The translations under genes and the position numbers were made by a program. Below the pieces are notes generated by a model. It had not been told where the DNA came from and ran no database searches. It saw nothing but the letters and a program-made list of their open reading frames with translations. This document shows, piece by piece, positions 35,020-45,540 of a stretch of 64,000 nt of DNA. Within the stretch, counting starts at the first letter, position 1. Each line of letters starts with the position of its first letter. The stretch is taken from assembly GCA_016180525.1 (NCBI GenBank), contig JACPBB010000002.1, forward strand, positions 122,517 through 186,516. Direction: 5' to 3'. This stretch comes from Parcubacteria group bacterium. GTDB lineage: Bacteria > Patescibacteriota > Minisyncoccia > Phycocordibacterales > UBA2135.

Positions 35020-35467
35020 TCAAACAAAATTAACCAGCCCTGTGCTGGTTAATTTTGTATTGATTGCGGAGATGAGCAAGCAAACTGCTTTGCTTGCGTG
35101 GAGAATTGAAAAGCGGAGCCATGTCGCGAAGCGGCCGGCGAGCTCGGGGAGGAAGTTCTTAACGATCCCGCCGCGGCGGGGGAGTTTAGAAACTTGACCC
35201 CAATTCTCCCATCCCGCACATAATGAGACTTTTTGCGCTTCGGCGCATCAATCTCCGTTTCTATTTCAGAAATCTCTGAGGTTCTAACATCGTCCTATTC
35301 CCTGTACAGGGAACGGGAAATTTTTTGATTGCTGAAATTGATTTTTTCTGAAAAAGAAACGGATTTTTGATAATTTGTTGGAGGTTCTAGCTAAACCTTG
35401 CTTTTTAAAAAGCATATGGTATTATTTGCCATAGTTCAATAGTTCACAAAAGAGGAGGCGTTCGCTC

Positions 35468-35788
35468 ATGTCTATGATTGAACTCGTTGTTCGACAACAG
35501 GACAGCCATCTCGGGTTTTCTACTGCTCATAAGGGTATTTTTGATGAGGAAAAGATTTATGAAGGGGCAGTAGGCCCGATTCCACTTCTTCGTAAAAGTT
35601 TAATGGAATTCTGTGATAGACTTGAGGAAAATCGCAATAATCGAATTGATATGCTGCAGCAAATTGTTAGTAACCATCTCTTGACTCAGAAAATACGCAC
35701 AGAGGCGCAAGAGGAACTTGAGAGACAGACTGTGGCTCGCGACGACGACCTAAAATTGGCACATAAAATGCGCGTTTCAAAAGACTAA
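35468..35788 (+). CDS. hypothetical protein (106 aa)
   Basis: ORF only. Confidence 0.4.
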   Translation: MSMIELVVRQQDSHLGFSTAHKGIFDEEKIYEGAVGPIPLLRKSLMEFCDRLEENRNNRIDMLQQIVSNHLLTQKIRTEAQEELERQTVARDDDLKLAHKMRVSKD

Positions 35789-36037
35789 CAATACAGCTAA
35801 TTGTCTAACCAAGAGCACCTAACTACGGTGCTCTTTAATTATATCCTTAACATACATTTTTTTATTTATTATTAACAATTTTCAGTTTTATTTCTACCAG
35901 CTTTATAGCGCTTCTAAGGCGCTCCGATAAGGTGTATTTACCGATAAAACAGCTGCCGTATCCAGCTGTTTTATTTTTACAATGCGGAGTAGAGTATCCA
36001 AATTACTTTTTATTTTGTTGAAATAAGAAGGCAATCG

Positions 36038-37126
36038 GTGTACACTGGGGAAATTATGTCAGACAGCGAATCGCAAAATAAAAACAGTGCTTTTAAGATA
36101 AAAAAACTGCCGAATTCGGAAGTTGAGATTGAGGGGGAGGTCCCCACGGAGGAGCTTGAGTCATATTACAAAAAAACGATTCATAATTTGGGGCGGGAAA
36201 TTGAAATTCCCGGATTTCGTAAGGGCCACATTCCGGAGAAGGTGCTTGTAGAGAAAGTGGGCGAAAATGTGATTTTACAGGAGATGGCACAAGCCGCGCT
36301 CTCTGTTGTCTACCCAAAAATTATTCTTGAAAACAATATTGAACCGATTGGGAAACCTGAAATCACTATTACAAAACTTGCGCGAGGAAATCCGCTTGGG
36401 TTTAAAGCAAAAACGGCGGTTTTGCCGTCGTTTGAATTGCCTGATTATAAAGCAATTGCCAAAAGAGTGGGAGAGAATGCGACTGAAAAAGTTTTTGTTG
36501 AAGATAAAGAAGTGGAAGATGTTGTTTTAAATATTCAAAAACAGTGGGAGACAATGCCGAACAAGGAAGGCGAAACAAAAGCCCCGTGGGAGCTAACGGA
36601 CGAATTTGTGAAAAAATTGGGAAAGTTTGAGACAGTTCTCGACTTTAAATCAAAAATAAAAGAAAATTTGGTTCAAGAAAAAACTCACAAAGCAAAAGAA
36701 AAAAAGAGAATCGCTATCATAGACGCTATTTTAAACAAAATAGACATTGTGCTCCCCAATGTTCTTGTTCAAAGCGAGATGGACAGAATGCTTTCGCGTT
36801 TTAAGGGAAATGTCTCGGCGATGGGACAAAAATTTGAGGATTATCTCACGAAAATTAAAAAAACGGAGAAAGAATTGCGTGAAGGGTGGCAGAAAGACGC
36901 GGAGAAGGGCGTGAAGGTGCAACTGTTGCTTCAAAAAATTGCCGAGGCGGAAAAAATAAAGGCGCCCGAGGAAGAAGTGCAAAAAGAAATGGAGCATCTC
37001 ATGAAACATCATCCCAAAGGGGACAAAGACCGCATGCGACAATATATTGAAGGGGTGCTTCTGCACGAAAAAGTATTTCAATTTTTAGAAAACAGCGACC
37101 CGAATACTCCGAACGCATCTGAATAA
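36038..37126 (+). CDS. tig: trigger factor (PPIase domain apparently absent)
   Basis: The N-terminal ribosome-binding signature GFRKGHIP is present, and the C-terminal chaperone domain shows similarity. The ORF is about 362 aa. Confidence 0.75.
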   Translation: MYTGEIMSDSESQNKNSAFKIKKLPNSEVEIEGEVPTEELESYYKKTIHNLGREIEIPGFRKGHIPEKVLVEKVGENVILQEMAQAALSVVYPKIILENNIEPIGKPEITITKLARGNPLGFKAKTAVLPSFELPDYKAIAKRVGENATEKVFVEDKEVEDVVLNIQKQWETMPNKEGETKAPWELTDEFVKKLGKFETVLDFKSKIKENLVQEKTHKAKEKKRIAIIDAILNKIDIVLPNVLVQSEMDRMLSRFKGNVSAMGQKFEDYLTKIKKTEKELREGWQKDAEKGVKVQLLLQKIAEAEKIKAPEEEVQKEMEHLMKHHPKGDKDRMRQYIEGVLLHEKVFQFLENSDPNTPNASE

Positions 37127-37661
37127 TCCGAAAAACAAAACTATAGATCCCGCATGTTCATTGTTTTATTTTTAATTGCAGAAAATTGTTTTATACTATA
37201 AAGAGAAATGTTTTTTGGAGACAAAGGTGAAAAACTTTTTGAATTTTTGGAGGAGCAGGAAGGCGATTGTTGCTGAACAGCTTGGATTAAAAGATTGTGG
37301 AAAGGTTGAGCGGCCGAGCTACTGCGATTTACAAAAAGACATTTCACCCCGAGGTCATCAGTTTTGTAACACTCCACTGCGCATCGGTATTGAAAAAGCG
37401 ACCGGGGCAAGGGTTAAATACTGCTGGCGATGTCAGGAAATCATAGAGCGTCTCGCTCACCCGCGCACACCGCATGCTTCAAAAATCGGGAAGGACGGAG
37501 AAGGGAATGTTGTACCTTTGCCAAAAAATAAAAGCAAATAAAAATGGGCATCTGGAATGCCCATTTTAAAATAGTTTGACAAAATGATTAAAATAATATT
37601 TTATTGAATCTTGAAGGGCTGGCAGTGGGTCAGCCTCAAACTCCAGTGAGGAGGATTACCA

Positions 37662-38171
37662 ATGACTGCATACCCCGTTTTTGACGAGCCGAATAGTCCA
37701 GAAATTTCTTGGCAACGTATAGCTGCGCTGTATTCCGCGCTGCAAAACGGTTTCCGTGTACGCTATCGCTCATCGGACTTTAAGTATGATGAGAAGGATG
37801 CGATATTTTTGCTTGACATGCTGGTAGACCCTTCAAGCGGGTTAAAAGTGGGACAAGATATTTCCATCACCGGCTTTCCATTTCCGTTGGTTTTCTCGGG
37901 TAATTTCAATGTTCTTATTGCAGACATGGATTCGGATGATAAGCATTATGTGTTTGAGAACCGCACTAAAAAATTTCGAATTGCTGGCTTTGTTAAAGTA
38001 CCGGCACAGAAAGGGAAGTGCAAGTTTGAGATTCTCTGCTGTGCCCTCTCAGTCTTAAAGCCAGACGGAAATTGGGATATTGACCATTCAGGCGATTTGG
38101 ACCGCCATAAACATAAAGTTAACCTCTACTGGGTTGGTTCTCTTGTGCCGGCAACGACAAAGTCAGAGTAA
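37662..38171 (+). CDS. hypothetical protein (169 aa)
   Basis: An ORF followed by a terminator at 38176-38205. Confidence 0.45.
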   Translation: MTAYPVFDEPNSPEISWQRIAALYSALQNGFRVRYRSSDFKYDEKDAIFLLDMLVDPSSGLKVGQDISITGFPFPLVFSGNFNVLIADMDSDDKHYVFENRTKKFRIAGFVKVPAQKGKCKFEILCCALSVLKPDGNWDIDHSGDLDRHKHKVNLYWVGSLVPATTKSE

Positions 38172-38296
38172 CCCATGATCGCCCACCAATTATCTTTGGT
38201 GGGCGATTTACTTTACACACGTTTACATTTTAAACATTTTTAGTTATATTAGTATTATTCGTATTATTAGTACCATTAGTATATTAGTATCATCTC

Positions 38297-38890
38297 ATGT
38301 TAATACCTACAGTTATTGAAAAAAGTCAATTTGGCGAGCGGGCGTATGATATTTACTCGCGCCTGCTTCGCGAGCGGATTATTTTCCTCGGAGGTCCCAT
38401 TGACGACCATGTCGCAAACATTATTATCGCGCAGCTTCTTTTTCTTGAATCAGAGGATTCAAAAAAGGATATCAGTTTGTATGTAAATTCACCGGGTGGA
38501 TCGGTAACTTCTACGCTCGCGATTTATGACACTATGCATCATGTGAAACCGGATGTTTCAACGATTTGCGTGGGTATTGCGGCATCTGGCGGCTCGGTGC
38601 TTCTCGCAGCGGGGAAAAAAGGAAAGCGTTTTATGTTACCAAATGGCGAAGTGATGATTCATCAGCCGCTTGGCGGAGCAGAGGGGCAGGCTTCCGACAT
38701 CGCGATTACCGCAAAGCACATTTTGAATGTGAAAGATAACTTGAACAAAATTCTTGCGAAACACACGGGGCAGTCGCTTGCACAAATTGAAAAAGATGTA
38801 GACCGCGATTTCTTTATGAACGCAGAAGAAGCTAAAAAATATGGCGTTATTGACGAGATTTTGAAGCCGAAAAATAATAATTCAAAATAA
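38297..38890 (+). CDS. clpP: ATP-dependent Clp protease proteolytic subunit
   Basis: [29 protein letters not shown]...[18 protein letters not shown]...[11 protein letters not shown]...MIHQPLGG. Confidence 0.95.
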   Translation: MLIPTVIEKSQFGERAYDIYSRLLRERIIFLGGPIDDHVANIIIAQLLFLESEDSKKDISLYVNSPGGSVTSTLAIYDTMHHVKPDVSTICVGIAASGGSVLLAAGKKGKRFMLPNGEVMIHQPLGGAEGQASDIAITAKHILNVKDNLNKILAKHTGQSLAQIEKDVDRDFFMNAEEAKKYGVIDEILKPKNNNSK

Positions 38891-38897
38891 ATTACAG

Positions 38898-38932
38898 AAC
38901 AAAACGCCCGCTTTTGCGGGCGTTTTGTTCTA
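38898..38932 (+). terminator. intrinsic terminator (GAACAAAACGCCCGC-TTTT-GCGGGCGTTTTGTTC)
   Basis: A long perfect hairpin after the clpP stop. Confidence 0.7.
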
Positions 38933-39198
38933 ACAGTTGCATTTTTAAAACTCGCATGCTACCCTGATATTACTTGACATTTATAGTGATTTAACAAGGC
39001 CCGCTTAAGAAGGGCTTACCTCGTGAATTTATTTAATGAAACTACGACAAACTGAAGAACAAATACAACAAGACGTTAATATAAAGCCCGAATGGATGCA
39101 TTCGGGACTTTCTCCTAGGCGGAAAATATAATTTTTACGGTTTGCTCATCTTTCAATAATTTCAGAAGGTATCTCTTTCTTGAGGGCTTTTAAAACAT

Positions 39199-40728
39199 AT
39201 GAGTTTAAAAGTGGTTTTTGTGTTGCTCGCCGTCGCGGGCATATCTGGTATTGTCATTGGGTACTATCTCCGCTTTCTGATTACTCTCGGGAAGCGAGGC
39301 TCAATGGAATTGCGCGTAAAGCAAATGGAACTTGCCGCAAAAGAAGAAGCAAAGAAAATAGTTGAAGGTGCTGAAAAAGACGCGGTCAAATTAAAATCAG
39401 AATTAAAAGGTCTTGAAAAAGAAAAAGAATTAGAATTTAAAAAGACAGAAAATCGTCTTATAAAAAAGGAAGAGCTTTTAGACAAAAGACAGACTGATAT
39501 TGATAAGGAGGTTGAAGAGCTTAAAAAGAAGGCTGATGAAGTACGTCTTATAAAAGAGCGGGTGCTTGCCGTTGAAGTAGATAAAAAGAAAGAATTGGAG
39601 CGGGTTGCCGGTCTTTCAGAGGAAGAAGCAAAAAAAGCACTCTTTTCAGTAATGGAAAAACAGAGTGAAGAGGATTTGGTAATGAAAATGCAAAAATTGG
39701 AAAGTGTCGGGGTAGAAAAATTGCAGAAACGAGCTCAAGAAATATTAACAACCTCCATTCATCGTCTCGGGAACTCTGTTGCTTCGGAAGTTCTTGCAAC
39801 ATCGGTTACGATACCCTCGGAAGATGTAAAAGGGCGCATTATTGGAAAGGAGGGGAGAAACATTCGCGCCTTTGAACGCGCCGCGGGTGTTGAGCTTATT
39901 GTTGATGATACTCCGGGTGTTGTCATTATTTCCGCATTTGATCCAGTCCGGAGGCAAATTGCACGCATCGCGCTTGAGAATTTAATTATGGATGGACGGG
40001 TGCAGCCGGCACGCATAGAGGAAATTGTTGCGAAAGCAAAAGATGAGATAAATAAAATTATTAAAGAAAAAGGAGAACAGGCGGCATATGAGTGCGGTGT
40101 TTTCAACCTTGATCCGCGGCTCATAGCTATTTTAGGGAGGCTTTATTTCAGAACAAGCTATGGGCAGAATGTGCTCCAGCATTCAATTGAGATGGCGCAT
40201 ATTGGTGGCATGATTGCGGAAGAACTTGGAGCTGATGTTCCTATTGCCAAAGCTGGCGCCCTGCTTCACGACATTGGAAAAGCAGTTGACCACGAGGTTC
40301 AAGGAACGCATGTGCAAATTGGTCGGCGGATTTTGGAGAAGTTCGGTGCCGACAAAGCCATTATTCAGGCAATGCAGTCGCACCATGAAGAATATCCTTA
40401 TGAAACGGTTGAATCGGTTATTGTGCAGGTGGCGGATGCAATTTCTGGGGGTCGTCCCGGAGCACGGAGAGACACGGTAGAAAATTATCTTAAACGTCTC
40501 CAAGAGCTGGAAACGATTGCCAACTCTCACGAAGGTGTTGAAAAGTCTTATGCAATTCAAGCGGGTCGCGAGGTGCGTGTATTCGTGTACCCCGACAAAG
40601 TTTCTGATCTAGAAGCGCAGAAAATTGCTCGTGATATTGCTCGGCAGGTTGAACAGGAACTTAAATATCCAGGAGAAATCAAAATAAGCGTTATACGGGA
40701 AAATCGTATTGTTGAATACGCCAGGTAG
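39199..40728 (+). CDS. rny: ribonuclease Y
   Basis: An N-terminal TM segment is followed by a coiled-coil, a KH domain (RIIGKEGRNIRAFE) and an HD domain (ALLHDIGKA). Confidence 0.9.
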   Translation: MSLKVVFVLLAVAGISGIVIGYYLRFLITLGKRGSMELRVKQMELAAKEEAKKIVEGAEKDAVKLKSELKGLEKEKELEFKKTENRLIKKEELLDKRQTDIDKEVEELKKKADEVRLIKERVLAVEVDKKKELERVAGLSEEEAKKALFSVMEKQSEEDLVMKMQKLESVGVEKLQKRAQEILTTSIHRLGNSVASEVLATSVTIPSEDVKGRIIGKEGRNIRAFERAAGVELIVDDTPGVVIISAFDPVRRQIARIALENLIMDGRVQPARIEEIVAKAKDEINKIIKEKGEQAAYECGVFNLDPRLIAILGRLYFRTSYGQNVLQHSIEMAHIGGMIAEELGADVPIAKAGALLHDIGKAVDHEVQGTHVQIGRRILEKFGADKAIIQAMQSHHEEYPYETVESVIVQVADAISGGRPGARRDTVENYLKRLQELETIANSHEGVEKSYAIQAGREVRVFVYPDKVSDLEAQKIARDIARQVEQELKYPGEIKISVIRENRIVEYAR

Positions 40729-40943
40729 AGTCGTGTGACCCAAACCCTAAAACGTATAACTCAAAAACCTATATATTACAAGAGCTTTTCTCTAATTTTG
40801 ACTTCATGTTGCTTGTTGTAAGATACATGTTTTAGGTATGTGGATAAGTTGTGTATATATTGCAAGGATATTTTGTTGCGGTATGATAAGAGCTTAGATA
40901 AAATTATTGATAATTAAAGCGTTTTTGGTCGATTAAAAATAAA

Positions 40944-41011
40944 AGCGTTTAGCGGTTAGCGTATAGCGTTTAGTTTAAACTGAACCCTGAACGCTGAACC
41001 CTAAACCCTAA
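40944..41011. repeat. two adjacent heptamer tandem repeats (AGCGKTT)x4 and (TGAACCC)x4
   Basis: agcgttt agcggtt agcgtat agcgttt lies at 40944-40973. tgaaccc tgaacgc tgaaccc taaaccc lies at 40981-41008. Both are directly upstream of the HU gene. Confidence 0.7.
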
Positions 41012-41017
41012 TCAATT

Positions 41018-41299
41018 ATGCACAAAAACAAAGCAAGTCTCGTTGATGTTGTTCATGAGCACGTTGGCGGTTCAAAGGCGCAATCTGAACGAGCAGTTGA
41101 TGCGGTTATTGAAGCCATTGTTCATTCTTTAAAGGGCGGTGGGGAAGTATCTATCGCAGGTCTCGGTATTTTTGCGACTAAGCAGCGAGCGGCACGAACG
41201 GCGCGCAATCCAAAAACCGGTGAGCCTGTACAGGTTCCCGCAATGCGCGTTCCAAAGTTCAGAGCAGCAAAAGCTCTCAAAGACGCAGTTCGCGGTTAG
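41018..41299 (+). CDS. hup: DNA-binding protein HU
   Basis: GGEVSIAGLGIFATKQRAARTARNPKTGEPVQVPAMRVPKFRAAKALKDAV. Confidence 0.9.
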   Translation: MHKNKASLVDVVHEHVGGSKAQSERAVDAVIEAIVHSLKGGGEVSIAGLGIFATKQRAARTARNPKTGEPVQVPAMRVPKFRAAKALKDAVRG

Positions 41300-41318
41300 T
41301 AATTTTCTCTGGAGAAAA

Positions 41319-41345
41319 ACACAAAACCCGCCTCAAGGCGGGTTT
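41319..41345. terminator. bidirectional terminator (AAAACCCGCC-TCAA-GGCGGGTTTT)
   Basis: A perfect palindrome with flanking A- and T-runs between convergent genes. Confidence 0.7.
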
Positions 41346-41366
41346 TGTGTTTAATGTTTTTAATAT

Positions 41367-41726
41367 TTAAAAATTCAATTCTGTATCAATGTTTCCAAGC
41401 TCTGTATCAAGGTCTTCAAGTATAGTTGCGTCTAAATCAGATTCAATTACTCCTACTTCATCAGATGCTCCTTGTGTTTGAAGCATTTCAAGAGTAGAGT
41501 CCTTATTTCCCAATATTTCTTCCGCTGTTGGTGAGAGTAGTCCTTCGTCGTTTACTTTTTTTCCAATAAAGTAAAGCCCCCCAAAAATAATTATAATAAT
41601 GATGATAACGACTCCAATAATCGGGCCAATTTGTGTCTTTTGTGTGTGCGCATTGCCCATATTTATCTGGGGAGAGGGAGATGCCGCCGCTCCTTGGTTG
41701 TTTACTTGTTGATCTCTGTTTTCCAT
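41367..41726 (-). CDS. small single-TM membrane protein (119 aa)
   Basis: Poly-Ile TM segment IIGVVIIIIIIIFGGLYFI. Confidence 0.5.
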   Translation of the reverse strand: MENRDQQVNNQGAAASPSPQINMGNAHTQKTQIGPIIGVVIIIIIIIFGGLYFIGKKVNDEGLLSPTAEEILGNKDSTLEMLQTQGASDEVGVIESDLDATILEDLDTELGNIDTELNF

Positions 41727-41750
41727 ACGTGTAAGAATTTATGAATAAAA

Positions 41751-42608
41751 TTATTGATTATTGGTTGTATTTGGGCTTTTAGAATTCTCATTTTCCTCTG
41801 CGTTTTTGCCCTTAGAGTCAGAGGAACCCCCATCATTCCCCTTGAGCGCGACAATGACTTCAACCAAAGCTTGATGAGCTTCTTTTGTGTGGGAAACAAC
41901 CAATTTTACAGATTCATGCACCCGGGTAAAAATTTCTTTGGGATTTTCTCCGGAGAGGACTTCTTCAGCCGCAATTTTTGCTTTTGCAAGGGATTCTTCT
42001 GCACTCACGATGAGCGTTTGTGCCTCTGCTAGAAGCTGTTTCGCTTTTTCTACATCCGCATCGCGTTCTTCAAACTTTTCTATGCGCGACTCAATTCGTT
42101 CCGCAAGCCCTTGAAGGCGTTCTATGGCCGCGTCAAGTCGCTTGAACATTTTTTCAAAATATGCCCGGATTCGTTCTTTCCTTTTTTCTATAACTTGTTT
42201 TTCCTGCTCTGCTCTTTTTTGAAGCGCTTCCTCCTTTTTCTGAAGTGCCTCAGCTCGTTTTTCTTCCGTTTTTCTCAGAGCTTCTTCTTTTTTCTGGAGA
42301 ACCTCGGTTCGTTTTTCTTCCGCTTTTTTGAATTCGTCTTTTTGGGCTGTTTCTTTTTTGTCAGAGAGTGTGTTTTTTACTTCGTTCGTGCGAACTTCTA
42401 TTTTTTGTTCTGTTCGCGTTTTTATGTCTGTGGCCTTTTCTTCTGTTCGAGCGCGCGTTTCATTCTGTACGCTTGGAAACACAGTTTTTGCTTCTCGCGA
42501 TTCTAACAGGCGAGCCTTTGCGGCTTCCAAGCTTGCTTTATCTGTTTGTGCTCCGGCAAGTAGCGGAACGAAAAACAGTACAAATAAAATAAGAGATATT
42601 TTCTTCAT
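41751..42608 (-). CDS. secreted K/E-rich coiled-coil repeat protein
   Basis: The signal peptide MKKISLILFVLFFVPLLAGA is followed by a repetitive KKEEALRKTEEKRAEALQKKEEALQKRAEQEK. Confidence 0.55.
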   Translation of the reverse strand: MKKISLILFVLFFVPLLAGAQTDKASLEAAKARLLESREAKTVFPSVQNETRARTEEKATDIKTRTEQKIEVRTNEVKNTLSDKKETAQKDEFKKAEEKRTEVLQKKEEALRKTEEKRAEALQKKEEALQKRAEQEKQVIEKRKERIRAYFEKMFKRLDAAIERLQGLAERIESRIEKFEERDADVEKAKQLLAEAQTLIVSAEESLAKAKIAAEEVLSGENPKEIFTRVHESVKLVVSHTKEAHQALVEVIVALKGNDGGSSDSKGKNAEENENSKSPNTTNNQ

Positions 42609-42767
42609 TGTAATAATGATGGTTTATTTAGTAAAAGCACTTTGTCTTATATTTCATCTTCACTCGGACGAAACAAAAATGCTGGTTTTCGTTTCGTTCC
42701 TCGTTTGATGAAATAAATTATTCTATCTTTAACATTATAACACCTCTTTGCAGGTTATGAAATAGGC

Positions 42768-43292
42768 TTAATGAGAATATTTTTCTTTGTAATTCTTGAA
42801 TGATTTTTCTATTGATTTTTTTGCAGATTCGGCGTTTTCCCACTCACCAACAACAACCTTTTTTTTCTGAAGTCCCTTATACACCTCAAAAAAGTGTTTG
42901 ATTTCTTTAAGTAAATGCGGCTCCAGATCGGTCAAGTCTTTTGTGTTGTTAAAGCGGGGATCTTCTGTTGGCACTCCTAGTATTTTTACATCATCTTCTC
43001 CGCCGTCTTGCATGGGGAGCTGTCCGATTGGCCGTGCTTCTACAAGAGAGCCTGAAAGAAGTGGCTCGTGGGCAAGTACGAGAACATCAAGGGGGTCTCC
43101 GTCATCCCAGAGCGTTTGTGGCACAAAGCCGTAGTTTGCAGGATAATGCATGGGAGAATAGAGGACTCGGTCAAATTTAATAAGCCCGGTTTTTTTATCC
43201 AGTTCATATTTTACTCGGGAAAGCTTTGGAATTTCTACAATAACGTTTAATTTATCCGCTGTTCCCGGTTCAATGTCATGCCATGTGTTCAT
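42768..43292 (-). CDS. ppa: inorganic pyrophosphatase (family I)
   Basis: NVIVEIPKLSRVKYELDK...YPANYGFVPQTLWDDGDPLDVLVL. Confidence 0.9.
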   Translation of the reverse strand: MNTWHDIEPGTADKLNVIVEIPKLSRVKYELDKKTGLIKFDRVLYSPMHYPANYGFVPQTLWDDGDPLDVLVLAHEPLLSGSLVEARPIGQLPMQDGGEDDVKILGVPTEDPRFNNTKDLTDLEPHLLKEIKHFFEVYKGLQKKKVVVGEWENAESAKKSIEKSFKNYKEKYSH

Positions 43293-43387
43293 AGGGTATA
43301 ATGCGAAATTACGAAACAGTATGCGAAACTACAAAAATCGTTTTTTATTTTTTTGTAGTTTTCGGATATTCTTTCGTATATTTCGTG

Positions 43388-44761
43388 TTATGTTAATTTT
43401 TTTGCTTTTGTTTTTGTCGCACCGGTCTTCTTTTTTGTTTTAGTTTTTGAGAGTGGTTTTTCTTTGTTGTTGGCCTCTGTTGTTTCTTCGTGCGCCACAT
43501 TCGTTTCGTTAGTTTTTACACCAATGCTATCTTCTGGCTTTTCTGGTATCGCCTCTTCCTTTTTAGTCTCGCGAACTTTTCCAGCCTCTCTGATATCAAT
43601 TTTCCAACCGGTAAGTTTAGCTGCAAGGCGCGCATTTTGGCCGCCTCGGCCGATTGCGAGAGAGTACTGGTCTCCATCAACTTCAATGATAGCACTTTTT
43701 GCTTCTTCGTTTAAGGTAACTTTTGCAACCTGTGCTGGAGAAAGAGAGCGTTCTATGAATGTTTTTTGGTCTTCCGACCACTCAATAATATCTATTTTTT
43801 CCCCTCCCAGCTCACTCATGACCGTGGATACCCGAACTCCGCGTTGGCCGACACATGAGCCGACCGGATCAATGTGCTCGTCATGGCTCACTACGGCAAT
43901 CTTTGAACGCGCTCCGGGCTCCCGAGCGATGCTTTTTATCTCTACAACTCCGCTCGCAACTTCAGGAGCTTCAATTTCAAATAGTTTTTGCAAGAATTGT
44001 GGATGAGTGCGTGAAAGGCGAAGGGTAATGTCTCTCGCGGTTTCTTCAACCGAATAAAGGTACGCACGGACTCTTTCTCCTTGCCGAAAATACTCCCCTG
44101 GAATTTGTTCATTGCGTGGTATGGCGCCGATAACCCGCCCCAGGTCAACATATATGGTGCCGCGCTCTACTCGTTGTATAGCCCCGCTTACGATTTCTCC
44201 TTTTCTTTTTTCGTACTCACCGGTAACGGAAACCCTCTCCGCTTCACGGATTCTTTGAATAATGACTTGTTTTGCGGTTTGCGCGGCGATGCGGCCATAG
44301 TCGTCTTTTGCTTCAAGGGGAAAGATTATTTCATCTTCCAGTTTTGCCCCCTTTTTTATTTTTTGTGCATCTGCCAAGAAAATATGGTGTTCGGGATTAT
44401 ATCGTACGCGAAGGTCCTCCACTTCCGCGTTCACGCCTTCTGCGCTTTCGCTTCCTTCATCTTTTAGTTTTGCAGGGACTTTTTTAATTTTTGAGACAGC
44501 GTGCTGCGCATGTTCGGGCTCATCCGTTTCTTCCTCAATGCGGACCATTGACTCATCCACAACTGTTTTTATTTGCGCGAATTCTGTTTTGCCGCTTGCT
44601 AAATCAAAATGTGCGCGGATAATTTGTCCCCGCTTGCCATAATCTTTTTTGTAGGCTGCCGCAAGCGCGTCTTCTATCGCGGCTATAATTTTTTCTTTTG
44701 GGATACTGCGCTCTGCCTCTAGTTGCTCAAGCGCGGAGTTTAATGTTTTTAGGTCTAACAT
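43388..44761 (-). CDS. nusA: transcription termination/antitermination factor NusA
   Basis: The N-terminal domain is followed by S1 and two KH domains. There is a K/T-rich C-terminal tail. Confidence 0.9.
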   Translation of the reverse strand: MLDLKTLNSALEQLEAERSIPKEKIIAAIEDALAAAYKKDYGKRGQIIRAHFDLASGKTEFAQIKTVVDESMVRIEEETDEPEHAQHAVSKIKKVPAKLKDEGSESAEGVNAEVEDLRVRYNPEHHIFLADAQKIKKGAKLEDEIIFPLEAKDDYGRIAAQTAKQVIIQRIREAERVSVTGEYEKRKGEIVSGAIQRVERGTIYVDLGRVIGAIPRNEQIPGEYFRQGERVRAYLYSVEETARDITLRLSRTHPQFLQKLFEIEAPEVASGVVEIKSIAREPGARSKIAVVSHDEHIDPVGSCVGQRGVRVSTVMSELGGEKIDIIEWSEDQKTFIERSLSPAQVAKVTLNEEAKSAIIEVDGDQYSLAIGRGGQNARLAAKLTGWKIDIREAGKVRETKKEEAIPEKPEDSIGVKTNETNVAHEETTEANNKEKPLSKTKTKKKTGATKTKAKKLT

Positions 44762-44763
44762 GA

Positions 44764-44880
44764 TAGATTTTCTTGAGCGAAGCGATTAGAAAATCATCAC
44801 CCCCTTCTTTTCACGCAAGCGCGTAAAAGGAGGGGGTTAAGAAAATTATATTCGCTTCGCTCCTTAATTTTCTAAAAAAC
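44764..44880. repeat. long imperfect palindrome built from two inverted copies of a repeat family (GAGCGAAGCGA...TTTTCTTAACCCCC)
   Basis: Copy D lies at 44775-44811 (plus). Copy C lies at 44825-44862 (inverted). They are centred on CACGCAAGCGCG, directly upstream of nusA. Confidence 0.6.
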
Positions 44881-44990
44881 AAGCCCGTTTTTTGTCAAAC
44901 GGACTCTTACAATATTTCTATTATATACCCAATAATAAAAATGTCAAATCAATAAAATGTGAAACGGCCTCGCGTATTTTACGAGGCCGT

Positions 44991-45416
44991 CTATACTTTT
45001 TCTACCTTTTCTACTTTTTCAATAAACCAGTCGCCAGTTTTTGTCACATATTCAATTTCACTAATACCGACTTCGCGGATTTTTTTCATGCACGGGATTC
45101 CGGCAATGTTTTTTCGCGAGCCCAAACACTCACATGGACGGGATGTTTCCACGAATCTTCCGGTGCTTTTTCGAATTCCAGCGCATATAATTCGTGCTCC
45201 GTAGAGTTTCTTTTTCTTTCCTCCACAACGTTTGAGCGCGTCATGAATCGCACCAATTTCCGCGTGCAGTCCACCACTCTCGCCAAATGCTTGATTTACA
45301 TCTTCACCAAGTATTTCTCCATGTTTAACGATGACTGCTCCGTGCTGTATGGCACACGAAGACATTTTTGCCAATTCAATCGCTCGCTTTCGCGGATCAG
45401 GACAAACAGCACTCAA
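44991..45416 (-). CDS. cytidine/deoxycytidylate deaminase-fold zinc enzyme (dCMP deaminase/ComEB-like)
   Basis: It carries the HAEIGAI and PCECLG zinc-binding motifs. Confidence 0.7.
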   Translation of the reverse strand: MSAVCPDPRKRAIELAKMSSCAIQHGAVIVKHGEILGEDVNQAFGESGGLHAEIGAIHDALKRCGGKKKKLYGARIICAGIRKSTGRFVETSRPCECLGSRKNIAGIPCMKKIREVGISEIEYVTKTGDWFIEKVEKVEKV

Positions 45417-45540
45417 TGCATCCTCCTCAAGTTGTTAAAACCAACTTTAATTATATCATAAAAATTAAAAAAGTCAAAAATTATGTTATATCCCCACGGG
45501 GAGCAAAAAAGTCTTAGTTTTAAGGTACAATTAAGAAAAT

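Noticed and set aside
37176-37541. ORF 37176-37541 (plus, 121 aa) as a confident gene
   Set aside because: It has no recognisable motif and no clear RBS. It lies directly after the tig terminator region. It is left unannotated, though it could be real.
40981-41011. Telomere-like CCCTAAA repeats
   Set aside because: TGAACCC/TAAACCC resembles plant telomeric repeats. It is just one instance of the local heptamer-repeat class in a bacterial intergenic spacer. It is not a sign of eukaryotic contamination.
43300-43385. CGAAA-rich region between ppa and nusA as another heptamer array
   Set aside because: The spacing is irregular (8 and 13 nt). The region is better explained as a 14-bp inverted repeat (CGAAACTACAAAAA...TTTTTGTAGTTTTCG) acting as a terminator for nusA.
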